The position numbers and the translations under genes were made by a program. Of a stretch of DNA of 64,000 nt, positions 1 to 10,565 are shown piece after piece. Where the stretch lies: positions 256,001 through 320,000 of the forward strand of contig CAWBAT010000005.1 of NCBI GenBank assembly GCA_963786955.1. The letters run 5' to 3'. Source of the DNA: an uncultured Acidimicrobiia bacterium (GTDB lineage: Bacteria; Acidobacteriota; Terriglobia; Versatilivoradales; Versatilivoraceae). How positions within the stretch are numbered: position 1 is the first letter of the stretch; every line of letters begins with the position of its first letter. The notes under the pieces were generated by a model. That model had not been told where the DNA came from, did not search any database, and was given only the letters and a program-made list of their open reading frames with translations.

Positions 1-1196
1 GCTTTTCCCCACCCTCCCATCTGCACGAAGCCTGGCTGCAACTCTCTCACTTCCCTTTTGAAAGACTCCCCAAAGCCCTTGAGGGTCCTGGCTTGATAAG
101 GAAACATGAAGCCTGCGTAGTTCAGTTGGTAATGGTATCCACCGACGTAATTCTTCTTTTTCTTTTCAAGTTGGTTAAACCGGGGGATATAGGTGTGATC
201 GGTAGCGCCGTCGTTGTTGACTGACGGTGTCCCGATCAATTTTTCCAGATACCCATTGATCCCCCCCGCGACATTGCCATGAAGATAGCGCCCCACCATA
301 TCGTTTGAATTGGCCAGCCCATTTGGAAACTGCGGGGAGCGGGAGTTCAGAAGCAATCGGGCGGATTCCGGTGCGCCACAACACACCGCAAAGATCGACG
401 CTCGAATTTGTTCTTCTTTCTTCGTGACATTGTCAATCACCGAGACGCTCTTGATTTTGCCCTCACCGTCCACAAGCAGTTCCCGAGCGATCTTGTTTTC
501 CAGCAGAGTAAAGTTGCCGGTCTTCAGCGCCTTTGGAAACATCGCTACCGGCACGCTAAAGATGGCCCCCACATCGCATCCCCGCATGCAGCGTCCACAA
601 TAGTGGCAGGCTGGACGGCCGTCGTATGGCACGGTGAGAACCGCTTTGCGAGTCGGGATCATTCGAATTCCCATTCGCGTACACGCACGTTCGACAATTT
701 CTTCGCTGCAACGGGGTTTTAGGGGCGGGAGGAATACCCCGTCCGGAACGATCTCTAAATTCTCCCGTGAACCAGTGACTCCAATCATTTTTTCCACATG
801 GGAATAACACGGTGCCAATTCCTGGTAGCTGAGTGGCCAGTCCTCTTCAACGCCTTCCAAGCTATATTCGCGGAAATCTCGCTCGGCAAAACGCAAACAG
901 ACCGCATTCCAGTGAATACTCCGGCCACCCACTGCACGAATGCGATCAACAAGAATATTGTCACTATCTTCATACCGAATGGCTTCCGTCACTTCTTTGG
1001 GGTAGGCAGGAGGAGGAGATCCAGGACGCCGGGTTCCCCGAAAGGGAAGCTCGTAAGGCCAGGCGTGATATTGAAAATCTTCGGGCTGCATGGTGCGTCC
1101 CGCTTCGACGAGTGCCACCTTAGCCCCAGACTCTGCAAGTTCCTTTGACAGGACCCCGCCTGCAGGTCCTGAACCGATGATGCAGACATCAAACAT
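1..1196 (-). CDS. GMC family oxidoreductase (FAD-dependent); 3' end runs off the left edge
   Basis: Not in the ORF track; translated by hand. ATG at 1196 after GGAGG. MFDVCIIGSGPAGG (GxGxxG FAD fold), GGRSIHWN, CHYCGRCMRGC, ESARLLLNSRSPQFPNGLANS. Same motifs as the paralog at 43871-45586. Confidence 0.92.
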   Translation of the reverse strand, partial: MFDVCIIGSGPAGGVLSKELAESGAKVALVEAGRTMQPEDFQYHAWPYELPFRGTRRPGSPPPAYPKEVTEAIRYEDSDNILVDRIRAVGGRSIHWNAVCLRFAERDFREYSLEGVEEDWPLSYQELAPCYSHVEKMIGVTGSRENLEIVPDGVFLPPLKPRCSEEIVERACTRMGIRMIPTRKAVLTVPYDGRPACHYCGRCMRGCDVGAIFSVPVAMFPKALKTGNFTLLENKIARELLVDGEGKIKSVSVIDNVTKKEEQIRASIFAVCCGAPESARLLLNSRSPQFPNGLANSNDMVGRYLHGNVAGGINGYLEKLIGTPSVNNDGATDHTYIPRFNQLEKKKKNYVGGYHYQLNYAGFMFPYQARTLKGFGESFKREVRELQPGFVQMGGWGK

Positions 1197-1246
1197 CCGA
1201 TAACCTCCAGATTTCTCAAAGACTCACGCGCTGCCAGCGTAGAAGG

Positions 1247-1357
1247 TAGAGCGGGCGCTCCTGCGCACGCTCAATGAAAGCGCGTGGGACTACCGTCCCA
1301 CTGCGCACGCTCAAACGCGCGCGTGGGGGAAAGCGGTCCCACGCTCGCGTTCCACCT
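1247..1357. repeat. REP-like hairpin element (GTAGAGCGGGCGCTCCTGCGCACGC family)
   Basis: Reverse-complement copies AGCGTGCGCGGGAGCGCCCGCTCCAC occur at ~13227 and ~49039. Confidence 0.7.
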
Positions 1358-1413
1358 AAACGGTCAGACCGTCAAAAACACGTGACCGCATCTATGCAAC
1401 AGAGCATTTACTA

Positions 1414-2040
1414 TTAGCGACTCTCTTTGCCCCCACTTGTATGCTTATCGTGAATACAGCCCGGGAATTCGGCTAAGGAAACATTGCCCTGATATTCCAA
1501 ATCCTGATGGATGCCAACTTCCGAAAGGTAGTAGCCATCTATTGTGGACTGTTTCAGGGCCACGAAAAATCGTTCTTCCAGTGTCTCAGGGTGTTCTTCT
1601 CTTTGACCGATTTTGGTTAGCACGTCAAGCTGTTGTTCGGCATTGCACAGGAGAAATTCTTTACCACTCGCACGTTTGGACAGCTCGTCCAGGGCCGCCA
1701 GTCCCTCAGTCCAGAGCTGCTGGGTCGCTTCCTCTGAAACGGCAACGATTTCATCGATGAATTGATCAACGCCCGCCGCCTTTGCGCCCGGAGAATGTTG
1801 GTCTCGAGGAATGATCATTTCGGCGAGTGCTGCAATGGTGTCCAGCTGGTGTTTATTGAAAATTGTAGCCGATGGTGTTTTCAGAACTGAGGCCAGCTTG
1901 GCCGGACTATGGAGATGGGATACGCAAGCGGGAGTGGCGCCCAGAAGAACGCGACCCTGCATCGCATAATAAGTTGACCCCGCGATGAAGGACAGCATGC
2001 TCCGGCGGGAGATCTTGTTCCCTTTTCGATGGTCCTGCAC
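1414..2040 (-). CDS. Gluconate 2-dehydrogenase subunit 3 family protein (Tat-exported partner of the GMC oxidoreductase)
   Basis: SRRSML twin-arginine motif; IIPRDQHSPGAKAAGVDQFID; TIDGYYLSEVG; AGGAGA RBS; lies upstream of the GMC gene. Confidence 0.9.
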   Translation of the reverse strand: MQDHRKGNKISRRSMLSFIAGSTYYAMQGRVLLGATPACVSHLHSPAKLASVLKTPSATIFNKHQLDTIAALAEMIIPRDQHSPGAKAAGVDQFIDEIVAVSEEATQQLWTEGLAALDELSKRASGKEFLLCNAEQQLDVLTKIGQREEHPETLEERFFVALKQSTIDGYYLSEVGIHQDLEYQGNVSLAEFPGCIHDKHTSGGKESR

Positions 2041-2070
2041 GACCTTTGTCTCCTATAGGCGTAGTCTGAG

Positions 2071-2129
2071 GTTGTAGCCGGCCTCGCTGAGGCCGGCACC
2101 TATCCGGGGCCAGCGGCCCCGGCTACAAC
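2071..2129. repeat. REPIN-like GTAG doublet (GTAGCCGGCCTCGCTGAGGCCGGC ... CGGGGCCAGCGGCCCCGGCTAC)
   Basis: Two hairpins bounded by GTTGTAG/CTACAAC. Near-identical copy at 11117-11175; half copies at ~43111-43135 and ~49093-49115. Confidence 0.85.
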
Positions 2130-2404
2130 AATAGATTACTTCAATATAACAAAGTACATAGTCGCCTGTCGTTACCAATCAGGCGTCGTGCGCCGTGCGG
2201 CGTACTTCCACCCTCCACTTAATACCACCCACCCCTATAGCCTAAAGGCTCCCTCCCCTCCGGAGGGGAATAGAAAGGGTCATCCATGATTAGTAAGACA
2301 CCTTCTTACTGATTGGCAGGGAATGGTCAGATCGTATAAAATAAGAGAAGTACTAGTTAGGTTTTTTATCCACTAACACTGCTTCACGAGAAACTCTCCA
2401 CCGC

Positions 2405-3427
2405 ATGTATAAAGCTGGAACCCGCCTCGAAGTCATGCGCCACCTCGATCCCTTCATCGCGGAACAACTCCCCATCCTTTTGCGTGATCCTGAGCATAAC
2501 TGGCAACCCATGGATTTCAGCCCCGACCTGAGCACAGAAGAGGGTTTTGAAGAGTTGCGGAGGCTGCAGGCGGAGGCGCGGGCGATTTCAGACGATGCGA
2601 TGACGGTACTGGTGGGCGATATGATTACGGAGGAGGCACTTCCCACCTATGCCTCCTGGATCAGCACGATCGAGGGGGCCGGCGTGCAGGGCGAACCCGA
2701 AACAGCATGGGGTGCGTGGAACCGCGGATGGTGCGGTGAAGAGAACCGTCATGGCGACATTCTCAACCGCTACCTCTATCTTAGCGGCCGGGTGAATATG
2801 AAAGAGGTCGAACTGACCGTCCAGCATCTCATCAGGGACGGTGGCGACACGCAGACCGAGAACGACCCGTATAAGACCTTCATCTACACGAGCTTTCAGG
2901 AAATTGCCACGCGCATTTCACATTTAAACGTAGGCAATATTGCCCTGCAATCGGGCGCGACTCGTCTATCTAATATTTCCCGGAAGGTGGCGGGGGACGA
3001 GAACCGCCACGCTCGGGCGTACAAACTGTTCATCTCGAAGATTCTGGATGTAGACACCAGCGAAGCGGTGATTGCCTTCCAGGAAATGATGAAGAAAAAG
3101 ATTATCATGCCAGCCATGTACATGCGCGAACGCGGCAAGCAAGTGGGCGAGACCTTCAAGAAGTTTGAGATAATTGCGAACCGCTCTGGCGTCTACACGC
3201 CCTGGCATTACGTCGAGATCATTGAGAATCTCGTCGAAGACTGGGACATCCAGCACCGCACGGGCCTTACCCCCGCTGCAGAGAAGGCGCAAGAGTATCT
3301 CTGCACGCTTGCCGATCGTTACAAGAAGCTCATCGAGCGGATGAAGCAGCCCACGGAAGTGGAAGCAGTCCAGTTCAGTTGGATTTCCCCCGCCCAGATT
3401 AAGGGCACTGCCACGGTCAGCATGTGA
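2405..3427 (+). CDS. Acyl-ACP desaturase (soluble di-iron, FA_desaturase_2 family)
   Basis: GDMITEEALPTY, WCGEENRHG, YTSFQEIAT and DENRH iron-ligand motifs; WQPMDF. Confidence 0.92.
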   Translation: MYKAGTRLEVMRHLDPFIAEQLPILLRDPEHNWQPMDFSPDLSTEEGFEELRRLQAEARAISDDAMTVLVGDMITEEALPTYASWISTIEGAGVQGEPETAWGAWNRGWCGEENRHGDILNRYLYLSGRVNMKEVELTVQHLIRDGGDTQTENDPYKTFIYTSFQEIATRISHLNVGNIALQSGATRLSNISRKVAGDENRHARAYKLFISKILDVDTSEAVIAFQEMMKKKIIMPAMYMRERGKQVGETFKKFEIIANRSGVYTPWHYVEIIENLVEDWDIQHRTGLTPAAEKAQEYLCTLADRYKKLIERMKQPTEVEAVQFSWISPAQIKGTATVSM

Positions 3428-3849
3428 GAATCATCTCCTTCGCAGGTTTGAGTCTATTAAGCGTCGCAGAGCTTCGCCTTCCAATAAACCTGTTGTCACA
3501 AAGCGGGAGTATTAGAGAGTCAATTGGCGACAGGAAAGGATCCGCTCAGGATTCCCTGTTGCTAGAAACGGCGTTAGCTCTCTACTGGCCCACGCGGAGA
3601 ATTTAATTTCGGCCGGCCTTAAAGACAGCTCGGAGTTGGGTGGAATCCCCTGCAAAGTAGAATTAGCCTGCCAATTGGTTGGGGTTGAAGTCTGGTGACG
3701 TGGGATCGGCGGCCACCCGTTTCAGTATCGAGGGACCCGTCTCGGGAACCATTTCCATATTCTGGCTGAGGAGTTCACTAAAACCCAAAGTGTAGATTCA
3801 AATCTTGGTGGGTCTCGAGGTGTCCCCTCCGAGCAAGGGAGTTGTTACA

Positions 3850-6258
3850 ATGTCGAGCGAACATTTCTTTTCCGAATTGAACTACACCGTTCCGGTGGAT
3901 CGGCTCAATGAGGGCCATTCCTATGGCAATAGCCATATATATTTGTCCCTTGATCATAAGACTGATGTAAAGAGCGATCAGAGTACGGTCCGGTATGGCG
4001 TAAGAGAATCTCTCAATCAGCAATACTACCTATTGGGTTGGGAAGTTAGCCTACAGTCATCGGACGGAAAGGTATTTTCCCCTATCAGCACTACCTTCGC
4101 TCCCGTATATCAGGAAACACAGATCCAGATGGCGGATGTCACCATCAGCAAGAAGGTCTTTGTTCCCTTCGAAAATAACTACCTGCGCTCAGTCCATTAT
4201 CTGCTGGATTCAAACGGGGTCGCTCTTCATCTTCTCATCAAGTCGCGTGCGTTCTTTCCCGCAACAGCGAGGGTAAACGAGGGGAGTTATCGGGGACATC
4301 GTCATTTGATCGTAAGGTACGGAGATGGAGGCAAAGCCGTCCTCTGGGGAAGCGGGAACCTCCTATCCTTTAGTGTTAAGGAAGTGCAACAAAAGATAGA
4401 AGTCCTCGCCGAGTTTGCTTGGGAGTCCAGTATCAATAGCCCTGAATATAGTCTCTCCTTCTCCCATGCAGCAGGGGTTTATGGCACTTCAGCAAGTTCG
4501 CTCAGTTCTCTTTCCAATGACTCGGCAACACTTCCTACTGGCAGCGATATGTCATCAGTTGAAATTGCACCACTCAATGCCGTTGTTGACATCTTTAGCC
4601 GTGACGATCCCAGCTATAAAAGCACCATTACTCGTGTCCAACTCCTTGAACAGGAAACACTGTCGGCCATGAACCGGTATCTCAATTTGGGCCGGTTGTT
4701 GACTCCCGACCGCTTGCTCAATCGCGCCGTGCAATGGGCAAAGATAAACCAGCTACGCGATCAGCAGGAATACAAGTGGGGATCGGGCTTTAGTAACAGT
4801 CCTCCATCCGATACGGTAGTTGGCAGAGATTCGGTCTGGTACTTGATGGGCAGCAGTTATTACGCCCAACCGTGGTCTAGAAGACTTTTGGACCTTTGGT
4901 TTACCAAAGGCCTGGATGTCAATGGCAAATTTACCGAATATATGTCGGCCTCTCGTGATCCCTTCTTCAAAGACGATTATGGATTGAACATCAACGATAG
5001 CACCCCATTGTTCATGATTGCGGCCTATCATTATTATTCGCTTACGAAAGACCGTGATTTTCTTCAAAGGGTATATCCTTCGCTTCTCAACTCGGCGAAT
5101 CTAATCCTGGACCAGAGAAAGGTAGGAACGAACAACAAATACAATCTGGTATGGTGCACGTCCACCGAAACTTTTATACGGGGTCTATGCGGATGGCGCA
5201 ACGCGATCCGGGATTACAATCTTTCCGGCGCCGTCACAGAGATCAATGTGGAATGCCATTGCGCTTTGAAGAAGACCGCCGAACTGGCCAAAGAAGTCGG
5301 TGACCAACTGAACCAGGAAAGGCTAGAAACAGCGGCCGAAGATCTGCGAGGAGCAATCGAAAGGCATCTGCGTTCTTCCACAAAGAAGAATCCTTTTTAT
5401 TACTTGAACATTGCCCCCACGGGAAAACCCGTAGACGATCTCACCGCCGATCTCCTTTTTCCGGTGTTGTTTGAGTTGACGGATTCCGAAACTGCAAAGG
5501 CGATCCTCGAGACTTTATTCAGTGATCAATTCTGGATAAGCTCAGACAATGGCGGTGGTGGGGTGCGCACTGTGAGCTCCAAAGAGGAGAAATATACTCC
5601 GAGGGCTGACCCTGATACCTACGGCCTCATGGGAGGTGTATGGCCCAATGTTGCCTTATGGGTCGCCCGTGCGTCCGCCGCTCAAGGTTTTCCAGATCTG
5701 GCATTGAAGGCTCTGCGAAGCACCTATCTGCTTTCCGAGAGAGACGACCCTGCCCGATACAATGTAATGCCCGGCCAGCTTCCCGAGTACTTCAACGGAG
5801 ATGACCTCGTGCAGAGAGGCCAACCTCGGAGTACGTTTCTATTTGGAATCTTCATTTGGGCAGCGCTAGAGAGCTTCCTGGGGCTCAAACCCTCCCCTGC
5901 CGGTCTCGAAGTCGCGCCTCAATTTCCCGAAGGCTGGGAATGGATAGCCGTTTCAAACCTGCCTCACAACGGCTACCCTGCGTCTATGATCGCAGTGCGC
6001 AATGAAAAGACAATCTATTCAACGATGAAAATTCGTTCAGGATGGAAACAGGTCACGGCACCTCAGATGCTTCAAGAGAAATATGCGCTTCGATCTGAAG
6101 GGCAGCCGTTCTGGATGGTAGTCCCAAATGGTGACGCCTATGAAGTATTGGCCGTATCTTCAGAGAAAACAACTAGCCAGCTGATTGAGGTTAGAAGCGG
6201 TCGCGTGGTGACTGAATTAGCAATACCAGAGAACAGGTTGGTAAGAAAAATGCTGTAA
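3850..6258 (+). CDS. Glycoside hydrolase with (alpha/alpha)6 six-hairpin domain (amylo-alpha-1,6-glucosidase / GH63-like)
   Basis: GRDSVW, DSTPLF and GGVWPNV motifs. ATG at 3850 preferred (GGGAG RBS) over TTG at 3805. Confidence 0.75.
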   Translation: MSSEHFFSELNYTVPVDRLNEGHSYGNSHIYLSLDHKTDVKSDQSTVRYGVRESLNQQYYLLGWEVSLQSSDGKVFSPISTTFAPVYQETQIQMADVTISKKVFVPFENNYLRSVHYLLDSNGVALHLLIKSRAFFPATARVNEGSYRGHRHLIVRYGDGGKAVLWGSGNLLSFSVKEVQQKIEVLAEFAWESSINSPEYSLSFSHAAGVYGTSASSLSSLSNDSATLPTGSDMSSVEIAPLNAVVDIFSRDDPSYKSTITRVQLLEQETLSAMNRYLNLGRLLTPDRLLNRAVQWAKINQLRDQQEYKWGSGFSNSPPSDTVVGRDSVWYLMGSSYYAQPWSRRLLDLWFTKGLDVNGKFTEYMSASRDPFFKDDYGLNINDSTPLFMIAAYHYYSLTKDRDFLQRVYPSLLNSANLILDQRKVGTNNKYNLVWCTSTETFIRGLCGWRNAIRDYNLSGAVTEINVECHCALKKTAELAKEVGDQLNQERLETAAEDLRGAIERHLRSSTKKNPFYYLNIAPTGKPVDDLTADLLFPVLFELTDSETAKAILETLFSDQFWISSDNGGGGVRTVSSKEEKYTPRADPDTYGLMGGVWPNVALWVARASAAQGFPDLALKALRSTYLLSERDDPARYNVMPGQLPEYFNGDDLVQRGQPRSTFLFGIFIWAALESFLGLKPSPAGLEVAPQFPEGWEWIAVSNLPHNGYPASMIAVRNEKTIYSTMKIRSGWKQVTAPQMLQEKYALRSEGQPFWMVVPNGDAYEVLAVSSEKTTSQLIEVRSGRVVTELAIPENRLVRKML

Positions 6259-6423
6259 TTCTCCCACGCGCGATTTGTCGTTGAAAGGGGTCAGCGTTGA
6301 AGGGAATAAGTTGAAGAGGGCAGAATCGACAGTAGACAATAGAGCGGTGGCTGCCTGCTGGACGAGTCGTTCTATTTTCCTGTCCCAGTAACTAAGCGTC
6401 GCAGAGCTCCGCCCTCCAGACGC

Positions 6424-8919
6424 CTATTTCTCTACGACGACTTCCAATTGAGCATGCCGGTCAGGTACTTTGATCCAAACGATTTTCTCCTCCGCGTCGT
6501 AGGCAGCCCCTTCCGAAACATCCTTTAATGCAACGGACGAAGAGCGAATTTCCAAGGTTCGGTTTTCTGCCTTCACTAAGTGAGGAACAGATCTTTGCCC
6601 GTGGATTTTGAAGACCAGTGCGCGTGCTGCCGGACTGTAGCCGCCGGTAATCGGTAAGACGTTAAGGGTCAGTTTGCTTACCTGGTCAGAAACACTGATT
6701 CGCTCAAGTAGAAATTTCCCTTTTTCAAAGTCAAAACTAATCCCGTCGTCCTCATAATAGTCGCGGGATGAGTTACCTCCTGGAAAGATCTCATAGGTCA
6801 ATGGATTGATGGGCGCCTGGTCGACGTATTGAACGACTTGTCGTGTTGGGACGACCGCACCGCTCCGAACAAATATCGGAATATGATCTAAAGGCGCTTC
6901 CACCGTAATCTGGACCGGCCCTGAGTAAAGCTTGTCAGACCAGTGATCGTACCATTCACCCTTGGGTAAATAGACTTTTCGCTGCACCTCGCCTTCAATG
7001 ACCACGGGGGCCACCAGGAGATCTTCCCCGAATAGGAATTCGTAGTTTTGGCCAGCTGGGGTCATATCCATCGCAGTCGCATCATCCGGATAATCCAACA
7101 GCAGGGGTCTCATAATGGGAAGGCCCGTCTGGGTCGCCTGGTAAAAAGAGTTGTAAAGGTAAGGGAGTAATCGATAGCGAAGTTCAATCGTCCGACGATT
7201 GATTTCCTCGTACTTCAGACCAAATGACCAAGGATCCAGTGTGCGCTTGGGATCGTAGCTGTGGGTCCACATGAACGGGTGGAAGACCCCGGCCTCGAGC
7301 CAACGGGTGTAAAGTTCGGCCGTCGGATAGCCCGCAAACCCGCCGATATCAGAACCTGTAAAAGGCATCCCCGAAAGTCCCATACTCATGACGACGCGCA
7401 GGCTGGCCCGCAGGCATTCCCAGGTCGAAAGGTTATCGCCCGTCCACTGGGCGGCATAGCGTTGTCCTCCTGCATAGGTGGCACGGGTAATCACAAAAGG
7501 CCTCTCCCCGGGCCGGAATCGCAGGAAACCTTCACGGGTCGCGGCAGACATCAACATCCCGTAAATATTATGATTCTTGGCATAAGGACTGTGCAAATCG
7601 TGATCCTGGAAAAGGATATTGGGATCCAGTGAACCCGGGATCCATCCTTTCTCCAGAGGAATCTGATCGATGGTGGGTTCATTCATGTCGGTCAGGATGC
7701 CGGCGATCCCGTCTTTGACATCGTTCTCCATAAGTGAGGCCCACCAGGAGCGCGTCTTTTCGGCAGTGAAATCCGGGAACACTGAATTCCCCGGCCAAAT
7801 AATGCCAATATAGAGGTTCCCGTCTTTTTTTCTGAGGAAGTGGTTACCCGGTAGACCATCCTTATAGACCCAGTAATTCTCGTCCGCTTTCAGGCCGGGA
7901 TCGACAATCTCGATAGAACGGAAACCCTGCTGCCGCAGGTCCGTCATGAGCTGCCGTGGGTTGGGGAATTTCGATTTGTCCCAGGTAAAGCTGAGATTGC
8001 TGTCCATGTGGCTGTTATCAAAGAAGACGGCATCACACGGGATATGCCTATAACGGAAGTTGGTCGTGACGAACCGCATGGTGCTTTCGGGGGCATAGAA
8101 TGCACTGCTCTGCACATAGCCAATGGACCAAAGTGGGGGAAGAAAGGTCCGCCCCACCAATTGCGTAAATCGGCCCAATACAGCCTTCGGGTCCGGGCCG
8201 GCAAAGAAGTAATAATTCATCTCGCCGCCTTCCGCCCCAAAGGAGTAGTACGATTCAGACTCCGCTCCCAAATCAAAAGACGACCGATAGGTATTATCAA
8301 AAAAGATCCCATAGGCTTTACCGGCCCGAACTCCGATGAAAAAAGGAACGGTCTGATACATCGGATCAGTGAGCGCATCGTAGCCGGCTGGGTCGGTATT
8401 CCACATGACGTAGGAATGACCGCGTTTGTCCAGCGGCCCGGCCTTCTCTCCGAGTCCGTAATAGTGCTCATCCGGCGGCAGCCATTTCCAGCAGCGAACG
8501 CGTTCCCCTTCCCAGGCCATCTCTCGGGCATCTTCTGAGATCAGCCTGCCTCCCAAGTCGTAAAAGGCCAATTGGAAGGGCGAAAGCCGAACTCGCAACT
8601 CAAGAGCAGTGGTCCTGATTACCTTCATCTGGCTGTCACCAGAGAATTGAATCGGAAATTGCGGCCAGTCCGTCTTCACCACGGCCCAGGAGTAATCCGG
8701 CCCAATCGTTGCCCCTGGAATCATCCTGACCCGAATTAGGTCAGGCGCCAGCAAGGTGATGACAACATTGGCCTCCGGACTGTTGAAGCGGATTTGGTTC
8801 CCCATAGAGACGCTCGGAACCATGGTTCCAACCCCTCGCCACTCTGCCCTCACGGAACCGGCCAGAAAAAGCAAAACAAACAACAAACTCAATTTCTTAA
8901 TGACAGAGAGCCTTGGCAT
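6424..8919 (-). CDS. GH31 alpha-glucosidase/xylosidase family, secreted
   Basis: YYGLGEK, TDMNEP (nucleophile), WTGDN (acid/base), GSDIGGF. Signal peptide follows the ATG at 8919. Confidence 0.93.
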   Translation of the reverse strand: MPRLSVIKKLSLLFVLLFLAGSVRAEWRGVGTMVPSVSMGNQIRFNSPEANVVITLLAPDLIRVRMIPGATIGPDYSWAVVKTDWPQFPIQFSGDSQMKVIRTTALELRVRLSPFQLAFYDLGGRLISEDAREMAWEGERVRCWKWLPPDEHYYGLGEKAGPLDKRGHSYVMWNTDPAGYDALTDPMYQTVPFFIGVRAGKAYGIFFDNTYRSSFDLGAESESYYSFGAEGGEMNYYFFAGPDPKAVLGRFTQLVGRTFLPPLWSIGYVQSSAFYAPESTMRFVTTNFRYRHIPCDAVFFDNSHMDSNLSFTWDKSKFPNPRQLMTDLRQQGFRSIEIVDPGLKADENYWVYKDGLPGNHFLRKKDGNLYIGIIWPGNSVFPDFTAEKTRSWWASLMENDVKDGIAGILTDMNEPTIDQIPLEKGWIPGSLDPNILFQDHDLHSPYAKNHNIYGMLMSAATREGFLRFRPGERPFVITRATYAGGQRYAAQWTGDNLSTWECLRASLRVVMSMGLSGMPFTGSDIGGFAGYPTAELYTRWLEAGVFHPFMWTHSYDPKRTLDPWSFGLKYEEINRRTIELRYRLLPYLYNSFYQATQTGLPIMRPLLLDYPDDATAMDMTPAGQNYEFLFGEDLLVAPVVIEGEVQRKVYLPKGEWYDHWSDKLYSGPVQITVEAPLDHIPIFVRSGAVVPTRQVVQYVDQAPINPLTYEIFPGGNSSRDYYEDDGISFDFEKGKFLLERISVSDQVSKLTLNVLPITGGYSPAARALVFKIHGQRSVPHLVKAENRTLEIRSSSVALKDVSEGAAYDAEEKIVWIKVPDRHAQLEVVVEK

Positions 8920-9060
8920 CTTTCCCTCCCAGCTGTTTGTTGGTCTTCCAAACGAATGTCCGGAGAAGAAAACGAAAAGGTGTGGAATTGACAATCATCA
9001 CTCTTCGTGACTATCGTAGATATTGAAGGATGCAATCCTTATTCCAACCAATGCATCTGA

Positions 9061-9375
9061 GTAGGGACCGGCCGGGAGGCCTGTCCCTACCAACTAGGCG
9101 ACTTCCGCCTGCGTTAGGTCTTTGACCCTAGCCCTCTGCTCTTAGACCTCGCAGCTTTTTTCTTTGCGTTCTTTGCGCTTTTTTACGGCAATATTTGTTT
9201 GGCTTTTCCCTTAGACTTTGGACATTCATACAGGGGTTGCCGGGGGATGTCCCAATCAGCATCAATTCGCGTTTATTTGCGCCCATTTGCGGCTATCTTG
9301 GCTTTCCCTGTGTTCCCCGTGGTTTATTGTTGTTTATCTTTGCGCCCTTTGCGTTCTTTGCGGTGAAATACGCGG
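9061..9375. repeat. REP hairpin (GTAGGGACCGGCCGGGAGGCCTGTCCCTAC) plus short low-complexity tandem units (CTTTGCGTT-like, CCCCGTGGTTT)
   Basis: Palindrome at 9061-9090; repeated CTTTGCG units at ~9162-9180 and ~9338-9365. Confidence 0.65.
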
Positions 9376-9487
9376 TTAGAAAAGCCCGCGTCTCGCAAAA
9401 AATGCTCAACGTGGCTCCCAGCTTGTGGCATAGTCGCCCATCCAGATAGATTCGAAATTAGAAAGGGAATTTCTTCTGATTTCACGA

Positions 9488-9736
9488 GTGCCTATCATGC
9501 CGGCTCACACTTGGCACGAAAAATTCAAATTTTTCTCGCTGCTCGTATGGTGGTATCTTTGTTTAGGAGCCGGTTTCCTGTTGATGGGGTTTTATCGGCT
9601 TATTCATGGTGAGAGGTTTTGGCTGGTCTTGTTGCGGTGGATGCTTGCCGCCGGATTCTTGGCTCTCGCCTATTTCGAAAACCGGTCAAAATCAGGAAGG
9701 AATAAGAACGATAGTCCTGGTGACAACCTTTCTTAA
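9488..9736 (+). CDS. Small two-TM membrane protein, hypothetical
   Basis: Two hydrophobic segments; start may be the ATG at 9497. Confidence 0.6.
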   Translation: MPIMPAHTWHEKFKFFSLLVWWYLCLGAGFLLMGFYRLIHGERFWLVLLRWMLAAGFLALAYFENRSKSGRNKNDSPGDNLS

Positions 9737-10040
9737 GGTCTCGTTCCAAATCAGACGAAAGTGAAGACAATTTGTGGAAGAAGTCATCTCAAGCCACTAA
9801 GAAAATCTCAATAGATCCGTGCCTGGCTGCGGAAAATCCCCAGCCGATGGGCGATATCACACGTTTCCTAAAGACCAAGAAGAAGTTAATGCTTTGGAAA
9901 TAAGCCATTTCAATTGATCTCGATCTCTGACCCAGTTGGAACATCAGATGCATTCCTTACGAAAGATAGAGCCACCGGTTAAAGCATGCTCTATTTTCAG
10001 GTCATCTCGTTCCTGCGTCAAAGCTTATAGGAGAACCTCC

Positions 10041-10457
10041 ATGAATCAATTCCCCCTGGTCCTGGTTTTGTTTGTGTTGTGGTCAGGGCCTAAGGAATTT
10101 AGTGCGGAGACGGAACCCCAAGGCTCAGACGCCGGAAAGAGCGCTGCGGCCGCTTCTAAGAACCCTGAGGAACAAAAGAAGATTGGCAAGGAAGCGGCCA
10201 TCCAGCCGCAAGGGAAGAAAAAGAAGGTTGCCAAAAAAGATGAAGATTGCGGCTGTGAGACGACGTTATTTGGTGAACCTGTACCACAGCCGGTTCGGAA
10301 GCCGGCTCAAGGGAAATCAAACACTAATGCAGGAAAGCAAACCGCAAAGCCCAAAGTAAAGAATGTTGATACCAGTAAGACAGCCACAAAGTCCGACCTG
10401 AAGGAGGGGACTCTCCAGAATTCTGAAAAGCAGCCGGCTCGACCCAGTGATCAGTGA
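10041..10457 (+). CDS. Hypothetical exported, Lys-rich low-complexity protein
   Basis: AGGAG RBS before ATG 10041; hydrophobic N-terminus; DCGCE motif. Confidence 0.6.
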   Translation: MNQFPLVLVLFVLWSGPKEFSAETEPQGSDAGKSAAAASKNPEEQKKIGKEAAIQPQGKKKKVAKKDEDCGCETTLFGEPVPQPVRKPAQGKSNTNAGKQTAKPKVKNVDTSKTATKSDLKEGTLQNSEKQPARPSDQ

Positions 10458-10565
10458 TTGGTTCCTTGAAACTACGGCATGAGATACCTCCAATGTGTCA
10501 AAGCCAAAGGACGATCACACTAATTGCCCTCTCCCTGCCATGATCTATTTTGAAGGGGAAATGCC

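Noticed and set aside
9125-9449. CRISPR-like array, or an 84-aa membrane ORF
   Set aside because: Units are short and degenerate with no regular repeat-spacer period, and there are no cas genes. The hydrophobic translation reflects T-rich repeats.
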